Below are positions 30,724-40,282 of a DNA stretch of 64,000 nucleotides, piece by piece; within the stretch, counting starts at the first letter, position 1; each line of letters opens with the position of its first letter. The stretch spans positions 288,001 through 352,000 of the forward strand of contig CAJWLU010000001.1 of NCBI GenBank assembly GCA_913043225.1, given 5' to 3'. Made by a program: the position numbers and the translations under genes. The DNA comes from an uncultured Acidobacteriota bacterium. Lineage in GTDB: Bacteria > Acidobacteriota > Vicinamibacteria > Vicinamibacterales > UBA8438. The notes beneath the pieces are model-generated. The model searched no databases and had not been told where the DNA came from. It was given only the letters and a program-made list of their open reading frames with translations.

Positions 30724-31082
30724 CTAGGCTTCCGTCGGTGCGGCCGATCTGCCGCACCGAACCGCAATAGCGATGCGGGTTCTCTGATTGACGATTTTGG
30801 CCGCCGGGTGCAGCTTCGTACCCCACAGCCCGAACGACTCGGCGAATCCCAGTAGGGTGTCTTCCTGCATGGTCATCTTGAGGCGCCAAATCACGGTGGC
30901 GCCCTGTTGGCCGGTCTCGGCGAGACCGGCCTCGAGCGGGACGTTAAATATCCCAACATAATTGCCTTCGACAACTGGAACTTGTCGGCCAAGTCTCCGG
31001 CTAACAGCGGTCGGTCGCGAAGGAGCTACAACACCCGCCGGCGCCTCGGACCTGAGAACGCCTTGAATGCGTCTCGGCTCAT
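30724..31082 (-). pseudogene. ArsR/SmtB (SdpR-like) transcriptional repressor pseudogene
   Basis: MSRDAFKAFSGPRRRRVL*LLRDRPLLAGDLADKFQLSKAIM, then a frameshift near 30945, then FNVPLEAGL...VIWRLKMTMQEDTLLGFAESFG. In-frame TAG at 31026-31028. Confidence 0.75.
30735..30760 (+). terminator. GC-rich hairpin after scoB, possible terminator
   Basis: Perfect 10-bp stem TCGGTGCGGC/GCCGCACCGA with a 6-nt loop; no U-tract. Confidence 0.4.
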
Positions 31083-31211
31083 GTCCTGCTAATTTGCTTA
31101 CTGGGAAAATACTGGTCGAATGCCGACCGGGATACGCAACGCGTTGAGGGGCGTCGTCGTATCATTAATGCTTCGTTACGCTGAGAAGATTTCACCGGAG
31201 GCCAGAGCCCT

Positions 31212-32810
31212 ATGCCGACCCTGAGCCAGTGCACCTGCTGCGCCGCCCTTGTCACGCTGCTACTGAGCGCACCGATTGCCATCGCACAGGATCCGCCCGA
31301 GTTACCGGAGCAGTATCGCGATCCGATCGACCTGATGGCCGAAGTGCTCGGCACCTACGCCTTCGAGATCTCCTCGGAGTCCGCCGAGGCGCAAGACTTC
31401 TTCAACCAGGGGATGCAACTGATGTTCGCCTTTGCCAAGGCGGACGCGGTACGGTCGTTCCGTGAGGCGTGGAAGCGGGATCCAAACTGCGCCATCTGCT
31501 ACTGGGGCGAGGCGTGGGCCTGGGGCTCGTATCTGAACGGGCCAATGCGACCGCCCGAGGCACCGCACGCCTACTCCGCCGCACAGCAGGCTAGACGGCT
31601 GTCAGAAGTGCACGCCAACGCGAAAGAGCGGGCCTACATCGATGCGCTGTCGGTGCGCTATGTCGAGAACTTCGAAGTCGACAAACGGCGCGATCAGGAC
31701 GAGGCCTACGCCGAAGCGATGCGACTACTGGTGGACCGGTTCCCGGACGACCTCGACGCGACCACGCTCTATGGCGATGCGCTCTTTCTGCTGGAGCCCA
31801 GGCGTGGCACCCGCGACCTCAACGACCCCAGGGTTCAGCGACTGCATGCGGTGCTCGAGAGCGTGCTCGAACGGGACATCAAACATCCCGGCGCCTGTCA
31901 CCTCTATATCCACGCCACCGAGTCGACCTCACGACCGGACAAGGCCGAGGCCTGTGCGGAGCATCTTGGGCTGGCCATCCCCGGAGCAAGCCATATCAAC
32001 CACATGCCGTCGCACACCTGGAACGAGGTGGGCCGTTGGGGTGATGGCGTCCGCTCGAACCTGCGCGCCTGGCACTCGGACCAGATGTCCGAGTTCGGAA
32101 CCGGGATCGCCATTTACCCAACCCACAACCTGCACATGCTGCTCTTCGCCGCGTCGATGGACGGGCAAGGCGCGATCGCCATCCAGGCAGGCAAGGATTT
32201 CCACAAGCTGACCGGCAACAGCGTGCATCATGCCCTAACCCTAATCCGCTTCGGAAGATTCGACGAAGTCCTCAAGGTTACCGAGCGCCCTGACAGTGAG
32301 GTGGCCGGCGGGCTGTGGGACTTCGCGCAGGGCTACGCGCACCTGCGTGAGGGCGACGTCGACTTCGCGGAGGTCTATCTGAATCGGGTGAAGGAGCTAG
32401 CGGCGACCTCTGAGGCGCAGATGCGGTTCCACCCGGCAGAGACCCTGCTCGGCGTAGCCGCAGGCATCCTCGAGGGCGAGCTCCATCGTGAGGCAAGCGA
32501 CCTGAACGCCGCCGAATCCGCGTTTGAGCAAGCCGTTGAGCTTGAGGACAGCCTGGCCTACGACGAACCTGAGCCGCTGCCCTTTGCCGCCAGACACTGG
32601 CTGGGGGCGCTCCTCCTCGAACGGGAACGATGGGCCGAGGCGGAGCAGGTGTTCAGAGCTGAGCTCGATGACCACCCCCACAACGGGTGGTCCCTGTTCG
32701 GCCTGAAGACGGCGATCGAAGCCCAGGGTCGCACCGACGCCGACGTGGATGCCGACCTCGAACAGAGCTGGGCGCGCGCCGACACCTGGCTGTACACGCC
32801 GCGTTATTGA
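31212..32810 (+). CDS. secreted TPR-repeat protein
   Basis: Signal peptide; AQDFFNQG, HPGACHLYIH, HMPSH, PHNGWSLFGL; helical repeats. Confidence 0.85.
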   Translation: MPTLSQCTCCAALVTLLLSAPIAIAQDPPELPEQYRDPIDLMAEVLGTYAFEISSESAEAQDFFNQGMQLMFAFAKADAVRSFREAWKRDPNCAICYWGEAWAWGSYLNGPMRPPEAPHAYSAAQQARRLSEVHANAKERAYIDALSVRYVENFEVDKRRDQDEAYAEAMRLLVDRFPDDLDATTLYGDALFLLEPRRGTRDLNDPRVQRLHAVLESVLERDIKHPGACHLYIHATESTSRPDKAEACAEHLGLAIPGASHINHMPSHTWNEVGRWGDGVRSNLRAWHSDQMSEFGTGIAIYPTHNLHMLLFAASMDGQGAIAIQAGKDFHKLTGNSVHHALTLIRFGRFDEVLKVTERPDSEVAGGLWDFAQGYAHLREGDVDFAEVYLNRVKELAATSEAQMRFHPAETLLGVAAGILEGELHREASDLNAAESAFEQAVELEDSLAYDEPEPLPFAARHWLGALLLERERWAEAEQVFRAELDDHPHNGWSLFGLKTAIEAQGRTDADVDADLEQSWARADTWLYTPRY

Positions 32811-33961
32811 GACACACCGAAGTCGAGGGGACGACCACGCCAGGTGCTCGTCTTCAGCTCCAGCACGTGGCGATCGGGATCACGCAAATAGAGACTGCGA
32901 CCTCCCTCCGGCCAGTCGACTACGCTCTCGATCTCGATACCCGCGTCGTGAAGACGCGACCGCCAGCGGTCCAGATCGGCCGGGCGGATACCGAACGCTA
33001 GATGCTGCTGCCCGCGACCGTCCGAGGACGGAATCGTTCCATGTGGCGTCACCGTCGGTTCGACCGACGCGCCCTGCTTGAATAACAGCAGCACTTGATT
33101 CTCGGCCACGTCGAGGGCCGCCATCCGCTCCATCGGCTCCATCGCGCGGGTGAAGCCCAGCACGCGCTGATAGAACTCAACCGACCGACCGAGATCGGCG
33201 ACGTAAAGCGCCGTCTCGGTCACCGCAACTACCTTCTCCTCGGCTGCCAGAGCCCGCTTCTCTGCCTGCTCCTCCTCACGCACGCGCGTGAGCGCGGACG
33301 CGATGAGCCCGGTCGGCACCGCCACCACCCCCAGCCCCGCCATCAGAACCAGGAACGTGAACATACGCCCGCCCGCCGTCACGGGGAAGGCGTCTCCGTA
33401 GCCGACTGTAGTTAGGGTGACCACCGCCCACCAGAGACTGTCGAAGACCGACGCAAATGTCTCCGGCTGAGCGGCGTTCTCGAAGTAATGGATGCCCACC
33501 GCGGACAGATAGATGAGCACCATGGCGGTGCCCAGAAAGGCGATCAGTTCCTCGCGCACGAGGACGGCAGCCCGTCGGAACCTAGCCATCGCGTCGCCGT
33601 AGCGGGCCAGTTTGAGGATGCGGGCCAGACGGAACAGCCGCAGCGCGCGGATCGAACGCAAGTCGACCCCCAGCGCCACATAGAACGGCAAGATCGCCAG
33701 CAAGTCGACCACGCCGAAGAAGCTGAAGACGAACGTGAGCTTCCGGTCCGCCACCAGTAACCGGAGCAGATATTCAATGGTAAACACGACCACCGAGAAC
33801 ACTTCCAGGCGGCGAAGGAGTTCTAGGGTCTCCGGTGACAGATCCGGCAGGGTCTCGATCGAGAACGCGGCAATGGTGAGAAGGATGACCCCCACCACGA
33901 CGGCGTCGAAGAGACGACCGGCGAAGGTATCGGTATCCTCGACGATGCGCTTCAGACTCAC
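32804..33961 (-). CDS. voltage-gated-type potassium channel (6TM) fused to a C-terminal VOC/glyoxalase domain
   Basis: S4 LRSIRALRLFRLARILK; filter TTVGYGD; then with no stop ETALYVADL...HLAF...SLYLRDPDRHVLEL. GTG 33961 lies 6 nt after TACACT. Confidence 0.88.
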   Translation of the reverse strand: MSLKRIVEDTDTFAGRLFDAVVVGVILLTIAAFSIETLPDLSPETLELLRRLEVFSVVVFTIEYLLRLLVADRKLTFVFSFFGVVDLLAILPFYVALGVDLRSIRALRLFRLARILKLARYGDAMARFRRAAVLVREELIAFLGTAMVLIYLSAVGIHYFENAAQPETFASVFDSLWWAVVTLTTVGYGDAFPVTAGGRMFTFLVLMAGLGVVAVPTGLIASALTRVREEEQAEKRALAAEEKVVAVTETALYVADLGRSVEFYQRVLGFTRAMEPMERMAALDVAENQVLLLFKQGASVEPTVTPHGTIPSSDGRGQQHLAFGIRPADLDRWRSRLHDAGIEIESVVDWPEGGRSLYLRDPDRHVLELKTSTWRGRPLDFGVSQ

Positions 33962-34010
33962 GCCGGAAGTGTATCGCGGGCAAGCTGGCCCGAGACGCGA
34001 ACGGAGGGGA

Positions 34011-35099
34011 TCAATACAGGAGCATGGCGACGACAAACATCAGGATGGCCAGCATCACCACCCACTGCCAGACCTCCTGCTTATCGTCGGACGGGATGAG
34101 CTGGAACGAGATACTGCGGTGGCTGTCGACCACGTTGCGGAGGAAGTTGGCTGATTCGAGCTGCTGGCTGTCCATAGAAAAGGTGCGCCCGCCAGTGCGC
34201 TGCACCACCATGTTGATGCCATCCTGCTCCAGCCGGGTCCGCTGCCCGTCGAGGTCGGCCTCCAACGTCTCGTCATAGTCGACACCACGAATGTAGTCGA
34301 GCAGCACGGTGTCCACGTTGACCCCAGTCCGGCTCCCGATCCCGATCGGGTAGATCGCGAGCCCCCGGCGGTTGAACTCACCGAGAGCGATATCCAGACG
34401 GCTCCGCTGTTCGGCGTCGATCAGAAAGTCTCCGTCGGTGAACAGCAGGACCAGACGGTCGCTCCGCTCCTCGGGCTGCCAGTCGTCCTCACCCGACTCG
34501 AACCGATCCTGATTGTCGAGCGACAGATAGATCGACTCGAACGCGGTCGCGATGTCGCTGTCCCAGGGAAACGCATCGCCAGACAGTGTCAACGGCGGAC
34601 CGATCCGCCCCACCTCTTCCACGAACCGTTCAGCGTTGGACGACAGGTGGACCCGACGTAGTGCCGTGGTGCCCCAAACGAACACGGCGGTACGGTCGCC
34701 CGGCGTCAGCAGGTCTTGCGTGTACAGACTCAGCGCCTCCCGCACGGCGAGGTCGAGTCGCGATGGACCAAGGTCCTTGACCCACATGGAGGCCGAGGCG
34801 TCGACCGCCACGATGACGTCCACGTCGCCCCGCTTGAAGCTCGACGCACCGTAGACCCAGAACGGCCTCGCGGCGGCCACCGCCACGAGCGTGAGTGCTG
34901 CAATCGCGAAGAACCAGAACTTAATGTGACCGAACAGGGGGTAGTTCGACCCTTCGCTGCGGGCCGGTCTCAATTGCAAGCGGAGCGCAAAGACGACCAG
35001 TCCGAAGGCCAGCAGCAGCCCAGCGATCGGCACGATAGCCAGATACTCCGGGTTGGCGAACTCGACACTGTCCCGGAACAGGCTGGTGATGGCGTCCAC
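34011..35099 (-). CDS. vWA domain membrane protein (MxaL/BatB-like)
   Basis: N-terminal TM pair, MIDAS VDASASM, LFTDGD, C-terminal TM; last gene of the moxR module. Confidence 0.8.
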   Translation of the reverse strand: MDAITSLFRDSVEFANPEYLAIVPIAGLLLAFGLVVFALRLQLRPARSEGSNYPLFGHIKFWFFAIAALTLVAVAAARPFWVYGASSFKRGDVDVIVAVDASASMWVKDLGPSRLDLAVREALSLYTQDLLTPGDRTAVFVWGTTALRRVHLSSNAERFVEEVGRIGPPLTLSGDAFPWDSDIATAFESIYLSLDNQDRFESGEDDWQPEERSDRLVLLFTDGDFLIDAEQRSRLDIALGEFNRRGLAIYPIGIGSRTGVNVDTVLLDYIRGVDYDETLEADLDGQRTRLEQDGINMVVQRTGGRTFSMDSQQLESANFLRNVVDSHRSISFQLIPSDDKQEVWQWVVMLAILMFVVAMLLY

Positions 35100-35134
35100 C
35101 GCTCGGCTTCCTCAGACTGCAGTCCGTCTCAAGG

Positions 35135-35800
35135 TCAGCCGCGGCGGCGGCGGACCGGGGTGCCCTCGCCCTTCATCTGCTCGAGCTCGGGCGGCTCGAT
35201 CTCGCGGGGCGCCTCAAGGGCCCGACGCACCGCCTCGGGGTTGCTGGTCAAGTCGTAGTTCCACTTGTAGTCGAACCGGTCGGTGAGGTCGCTCCGGAGC
35301 GCCCGCTCGTAGTCCGGGTTGATGGTCTCCATCACCTCCACGATGATGGCTTCCTTGAGACGCGCGGCATCCGGGTCTTCACCGTCGATGGCGCGATAGC
35401 GCTCCCGTGCCAGCAGGAACTTCGCGTTCGCGAGCAGATGCGACGCCCGCGCATCGTCCACTTCATCAGACAGATCGTCCACGACCGTCTGGAGGTCGCC
35501 AGTCAGATAGCTGTAAGACGCCTGCTGCAAGAAAGCATCCTGAAAGAGATAGGAGTCAACCAGCTGCTGGACACCCCAGGCGCGGCTCCCTTCGTAGAAC
35601 GCTGACACCTCGGCGAGTTGCTGCTCGGCGGTCTCGTAGTCGGCGCGCTGCACGCTATCGCTGAGCCCCTCCAGGTTGTCGTAGAACACAGCCAGGCTGC
35701 GGGACGGCACCCACACGGCGACGAAGAACGCCACCGCCAGCACGAGGCCGATGAGATAACGGAAGGAATGTTCCTTGTCGAGCAGGTCTGTCAGTCGCAT
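35135..35800 (-). CDS. MxaK-like membrane-anchored helical/TPR protein
   Basis: One N-terminal TM; YERALR...DYKWNYDL resembles the MxaK/BatC C-terminal motif; position between two vWA genes. Confidence 0.6.
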   Translation of the reverse strand: MRLTDLLDKEHSFRYLIGLVLAVAFFVAVWVPSRSLAVFYDNLEGLSDSVQRADYETAEQQLAEVSAFYEGSRAWGVQQLVDSYLFQDAFLQQASYSYLTGDLQTVVDDLSDEVDDARASHLLANAKFLLARERYRAIDGEDPDAARLKEAIIVEVMETINPDYERALRSDLTDRFDYKWNYDLTSNPEAVRRALEAPREIEPPELEQMKGEGTPVRRRRG

Positions 35801-35846
35801 GTCGTCTGTTCAGGACCGGCCGCTGAGCCGGCCTGACTCCTCGATT

Positions 35847-36977
35847 CTAGGGGGTCGTCCCCCAGAGCAGCTCCGAAACGAATCCGAGCGGTATCCCGAC
35901 TACCAGTAGTCCCATAGCCACGAGTAGGAATCTGGAATAGATGGGCACTCTCAGAGCACGGTGCTTCAGTTCGACCCGCACCGCTTCACGCTCGTCGATC
36001 GCCTGGTAAGCGCGCAGCAGGCTGTCCTCGCTGGTGACGTCGAAGTAGTCGCCGCCATACTCCTGAATCTGGGCCACCAGCTGCGGCACACTCGGATTCA
36101 GGAAGCTCGCGGTACGGGCATCACTCGTGTTGATGTAGATCAAATACGGGACGATGTTGCGCTTGCTAAGCTCTTCGAACTCCGCATCCGGGAACTCGTC
36201 GACCGCGGCATCGGTGATGATGAGCACGGCACGATTCTGATTCCGTCCGCGCCCTTGAACCGCTTCGTCCCGGTCAAAGTGCTTCACGATGTCCTGCAGC
36301 GGCCGGATGATGTTGGTGTCCCCTTCGGCGGGAATAATCCGCACCTTGTCCCGCGGCACCACCATCGCCTTATCGAGCCGCTGGGTCATCACATACGGCG
36401 CATCCCAGACCTGGTAGTAGTAGAGCTCGTCGTCCATGACGAAGTCATCCACCATGTAGGGATAGGTCGAGAACAACCAGAGCGACACACGGTCGTTCTT
36501 CTCACGACGCATCTCGAGAAACTCGAGGTGCGCGTCTCGAGCCACCTCGGCCTTCGACTTGTTCGTATCAGGGAACTCCCATGCCATCGAACCCGACGTG
36601 TCGACGAGATCGATCCGCACACGCGACTCGACCGACCCACTCACTTCCTCAGTCGCAGTAAGAAACGGATCGGCCACCGAGACGACGAGCATGACGAGCG
36701 CAGCTGCGAGCAAGACCTTCGGCGCCGTGTGCAGCACGCGGACCCAAAGCCGTTTCCGGTGCCTCGCCTCGATGAGATGGCCAGAGTGCTGTCGCGCATG
36801 CCGCTTGCGGGTCGAGGCTAGCCGCACCAGCGTCAGAGCGAGAACCACACCGACCGCCACCGCCAGCGCCACGGCCATACCGACATCGCCGTACCGCACT
36901 TGGGCATAGTCGGTCTCGAGCAGCTCGCGAAAGCCGCTATCGAGGAAGGCGACCAGCTCGTTCCATGGCATCAACAT
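35847..36977 (-). CDS. vWA domain membrane protein (MxaC/BatA-like)
   Basis: MIDAS VDTSGSM, DRVSLWLFS, LIITD, AIDERE, TM segments at both ends. Confidence 0.82.
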   Translation of the reverse strand: MLMPWNELVAFLDSGFRELLETDYAQVRYGDVGMAVALAVAVGVVLALTLVRLASTRKRHARQHSGHLIEARHRKRLWVRVLHTAPKVLLAAALVMLVVSVADPFLTATEEVSGSVESRVRIDLVDTSGSMAWEFPDTNKSKAEVARDAHLEFLEMRREKNDRVSLWLFSTYPYMVDDFVMDDELYYYQVWDAPYVMTQRLDKAMVVPRDKVRIIPAEGDTNIIRPLQDIVKHFDRDEAVQGRGRNQNRAVLIITDAAVDEFPDAEFEELSKRNIVPYLIYINTSDARTASFLNPSVPQLVAQIQEYGGDYFDVTSEDSLLRAYQAIDEREAVRVELKHRALRVPIYSRFLLVAMGLLVVGIPLGFVSELLWGTTP

Positions 36978-36993
36978 GAGATCGCTCGCAGGT

Positions 36994-38088
36994 CTAGCCG
37001 CCGAACATGCCCTTCACCGAGTTGAGCAGCCGGACGTGCGGCCGCAGGTCGGCGAGGGCTCCCGAGATTGCGTCCGCGTCGGCCGACGGGTTGTCGACCG
37101 ACGGCGCGCCTAACTCCAATCCTCGCTGGTACGTCACCAGGAAGTCGGTGAGCACGGCCAGTGCCTCCTTACGGTGGCCATCATCGAGACCGGCCACGAA
37201 CCGCTGGATGCCGAGCGCCGTGTCCCCCGAATTGAGGTCCGACAGGTCGGCCTGCAGGTAGTCGCGAAGCGCCAACACCAACCCTCGCTGGACCTCGCGG
37301 ACTCGGTCCCCTTCGGCGCCGGACGGCAGATCCTGCAACCCCCCCAGCGCCCGGCCCACGGCCCGCCGCGCCTCCCAGATCGATGGCTGGATCGGAATCT
37401 GCGCCTCGATCTGGGCAAGCTCGTCCTCTTCCTGCTGCTTCTCGACCGACAAACCCTTCGGCTTGCGGGCCAAGCGAACCAGCATGACGAGCCAGAGCAC
37501 CAGCGGCAGCGGCGCGACGGTCCAGGCCATTGTCCGGAAGAAGGTCGCTTGATTGGCGAAGCTGCCCAGCTCGATCGTGTCGCGGATGTCGAGCAGTGGC
37601 TCGTCGGTCACCGAGGTGACATACCGCACTAGCCCCTGTCCACCGTCCACCTGCTGCACCTCGGCGTCCTCGATATCTTCACCGAGGTCGCGCACCAGGT
37701 AGTAGAAGCTGAAGTTCGGGAGCACGTAGGTCATCTTGTTCGGGTCAACCAGCCTGAACCCGTAGATGAAGTCCCAGATGTGCTCGTCCTCGACGCGGGT
37801 CTTCTCCACCGTCAGCGAAACGCCCTCGAAGGGATGCACCGGCAGGGTCTCTGGTGCCACCCGATCCTCCAGCACGATGATCTCCTGCCCATCGTCGATC
37901 AGGTCGGGGAACCGCACCCGATACCGCTGGGTGATGAGGTCGCCGGTCTTCACCACCGTCGGTTCCAGCTCGAGCGTCTCGACCCGCACCGGGCCCATGG
38001 GCGCATCGATCGCGTCAGGCGGCTGGGCCAGCAGGCTGGTCGGAAGCAACAGAGCGAAGGCAAGTGCGAACGCCGACGTGCGTGTCAT
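36994..38088 (-). CDS. MxaA/BatD-like exported protein with one TM segment
   Basis: Signal peptide; GDLITQR motif; beta-rich domain, TM, helical tail; position after DUF58. The start could be 38115. Confidence 0.6.
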   Translation of the reverse strand: MTRTSAFALAFALLLPTSLLAQPPDAIDAPMGPVRVETLELEPTVVKTGDLITQRYRVRFPDLIDDGQEIIVLEDRVAPETLPVHPFEGVSLTVEKTRVEDEHIWDFIYGFRLVDPNKMTYVLPNFSFYYLVRDLGEDIEDAEVQQVDGGQGLVRYVTSVTDEPLLDIRDTIELGSFANQATFFRTMAWTVAPLPLVLWLVMLVRLARKPKGLSVEKQQEEDELAQIEAQIPIQPSIWEARRAVGRALGGLQDLPSGAEGDRVREVQRGLVLALRDYLQADLSDLNSGDTALGIQRFVAGLDDGHRKEALAVLTDFLVTYQRGLELGAPSVDNPSADADAISGALADLRPHVRLLNSVKGMFGG

Positions 38089-38126
38089 GTTCACCGGTTG
38101 TCCATCCCTGGTCATCGATGTCCGAT

Positions 38127-39044
38127 CTAGCGAGCCGTGCGAGAAATCAGGAACTTGGGCAACTCCTCGATGTGGTTCTCTGGCGTCAGCACGACCGAGT
38201 CGATCCCCGCCCAATACTTCAACTTGTATTGCAGCGTTTCGCGTGACTCCTCGATCCGACGACGGATCGCTCCAGCCTTCCTGGCAGAGATCACCGTCTG
38301 TTTGCCGGTCTCCATATCCGAGATCCGGATGTAACCCAGGCGGCTCTTGACCGAGAACTCCTCGGGGTCGTCCAGAATGAGCACGATCATATCGTGCTTC
38401 GCCGCCACGGTGCTGAGGAGCTTGAAGTCGATTGCGTCGTGGTCGTTGACGAGATCGACCAGGTCGGTGAGCACCACGACCGAGTGCCGCATCTTCAGTC
38501 TAGCCAGCATGAAATCGATGGCCACCTTGAGATTCGCCGGACGCCGCGACGGGAACTCCCGCTCGAGCTTCAGCTTCTCGAAGATCTGATGCGCCATGTA
38601 AAAGACCTGCGAGCTGCCCATCTTGGGCTTCATGTAGAGCTCGATCCGATCCGAGTAGCCGAGCAACCCGACCGGGTCACGCACGTTGGACCGGGTCAAC
38701 CCGATGTTGCCCAGCAGATCCAACATCAACAGTGCCTTGTTGGACCGTTGGGATACCTGAAACAGCGTCGAGTAGGAGAGGTCGCAGATGATGAGCGTCC
38801 GCATCTCCTTGGGCTCCATCCGCTCGATCCGGAACAGCTTCTCCGGATACGTGCGCATGCTCAGGTTCCAGGCCACGTCCTTGAGTGGCTGGCCCGGCCG
38901 CCACTGATCGACGCCGACGATGTCGTAGCCGGCCCCCTTGAACCCGCTCTTGTGCTCGCCGAAGTGGATGCTCGTGGAGGGCTTGCGCGCTCGGATCCCG
39001 TGCTTGATGTCACGAAACCTGGCGTAGACCTCCTCTACTTCCAA
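38127..39044 (-). CDS. DUF58 family protein (MxaS-like)
   Basis: GEHKSGFKGAGYD, WRPG..LKDVAW, DLSYST, ISDMETG; overlaps the moxR 3' end. Confidence 0.88.
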   Translation of the reverse strand: MEVEEVYARFRDIKHGIRARKPSTSIHFGEHKSGFKGAGYDIVGVDQWRPGQPLKDVAWNLSMRTYPEKLFRIERMEPKEMRTLIICDLSYSTLFQVSQRSNKALLMLDLLGNIGLTRSNVRDPVGLLGYSDRIELYMKPKMGSSQVFYMAHQIFEKLKLEREFPSRRPANLKVAIDFMLARLKMRHSVVVLTDLVDLVNDHDAIDFKLLSTVAAKHDMIVLILDDPEEFSVKSRLGYIRISDMETGKQTVISARKAGAIRRRIEESRETLQYKLKYWAGIDSVVLTPENHIEELPKFLISRTAR

Positions 39045-40150
39045 GGAGGAACCTCCATGTCGCGGACGATCTGTTGCAAGAGTTCGTCCTTGTCGACGGA
39101 GAACTCCATACCTTCGCGCAGGACCAGCCGGTGGGCGAGCACCGGCCCCGCGACCTCCTTAATGTGATCCGGCGTGACCTGCAGGTCGCCGTTGAAGAAG
39201 GCGAACGTCCGCGCCACGGCCTCAAGGTGAAAATGGACACGAGGCGAGATCCCGACGCGGATATACTCCTTCACCGCCCGGGCGGCCCGTCCCTGGACCC
39301 GATGGGGACGCGTGTTCCGGATGAGCCGGACCTTGTACTGCGCCCCGTATTCAGACATCGTGACGTTGTCGTAGATATAACGGGCAATATCGAGCACCTC
39401 GTAAAGATCGGTCAGCTTCTCGACCTTCCGTCCCACGACGTTGCCGGCGGTGATGTTGTACTCGTCCTCTTCCCTCTCCGGGTCCATCATATTGATGGAG
39501 ATGGTGGTGCGGTCGAGCTGCGCGACAGGGTTGGCGAAGGTGCCTTCTTCCTCGCCGAAGATATTCTCGGTGCAAATGACCATGAAGAACCGGGGTCCCG
39601 TGATGTCACTGAAGTCACAGGACAGCGGGAAGAGGGGCAAGACCTTACCCTCGGCCAGGTTCCCGTAGTCCGAGCTAAGAGTGGCCGAGCTCTCCTCCAT
39701 GCCCTCGAGCACGGCCGCCTTGGTTTTGCCTGACAACCGGTTGTCCTCGTCAATGAGGACGATGTGGGCCATCAGCTTGCCCGGTTTGAAGACGAGCTTG
39801 CGGCTGCCGTCGGTCTCCTCGACGATCGTCTCGTAGCCGAGGATGTCCTCGGGCATGTAGGTCGGCAGCCCCTGGATCCGTTCGAACTTCGCGTCGATCG
39901 CCATGGCGCAGGCGCTAACCAGGTCGGTCTTCCCGGTGCCGGTCGGCCCCCTGAACATGACGTGCGGCTGCCTGAGCAGCTTGCTCTGGCTAAGCTTGTC
40001 CGTGTAGGGGAGCAGCGTAAAGAACGCCCAGGACAGGATGCGCGCGGCATCGTCGAGACCATAGAGCCACTTGGTCGACTCCTTCTGGAACCGCTGGACC
40101 ACTTCATTGGCGCGGTCGAAGTCGATAGTGCGTGTCGGTTGAACGGCCAT
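39035..40150 (-). CDS. moxR: MoxR family AAA+ ATPase (divergent)
   Basis: Walker A GPTGTGKT, RIQG..MPEDILG, Walker B IDEDNR, AQLDR, GISPR, VLAHRL; SD GAGAGG before ATG 40150. Confidence 0.9.
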   Translation of the reverse strand: MAVQPTRTIDFDRANEVVQRFQKESTKWLYGLDDAARILSWAFFTLLPYTDKLSQSKLLRQPHVMFRGPTGTGKTDLVSACAMAIDAKFERIQGLPTYMPEDILGYETIVEETDGSRKLVFKPGKLMAHIVLIDEDNRLSGKTKAAVLEGMEESSATLSSDYGNLAEGKVLPLFPLSCDFSDITGPRFFMVICTENIFGEEEGTFANPVAQLDRTTISINMMDPEREEDEYNITAGNVVGRKVEKLTDLYEVLDIARYIYDNVTMSEYGAQYKVRLIRNTRPHRVQGRAARAVKEYIRVGISPRVHFHLEAVARTFAFFNGDLQVTPDHIKEVAGPVLAHRLVLREGMEFSVDKDELLQQIVRDMEVPPWK

Positions 40151-40282
40151 GTAATCCTCTCGCGCTCCGGGCGCCTCGAACATGGCAGGCGGCCGCTCGC
40201 ACGACCGGCCCCTGCCGGCGGTAAGTGTGGCCGCGTGCGACCACACCGTCAAGATAGGTATTGGGTGTCCGACACCGGGTGC

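Noticed and set aside
30909..30931. Hairpin GGCCGGTCTC/GAGACCGGCC suggesting an ncRNA or REP element
   Set aside because: It lies inside the ArsR pseudogene and no other copy was noticed in the window.
34011..40150. Calling the organism a methylotroph from the mxa-like genes
   Set aside because: No mxaF/xoxF, mxaI, mxaJ or mxaG in the window; MoxR/vWA modules serve many clients.
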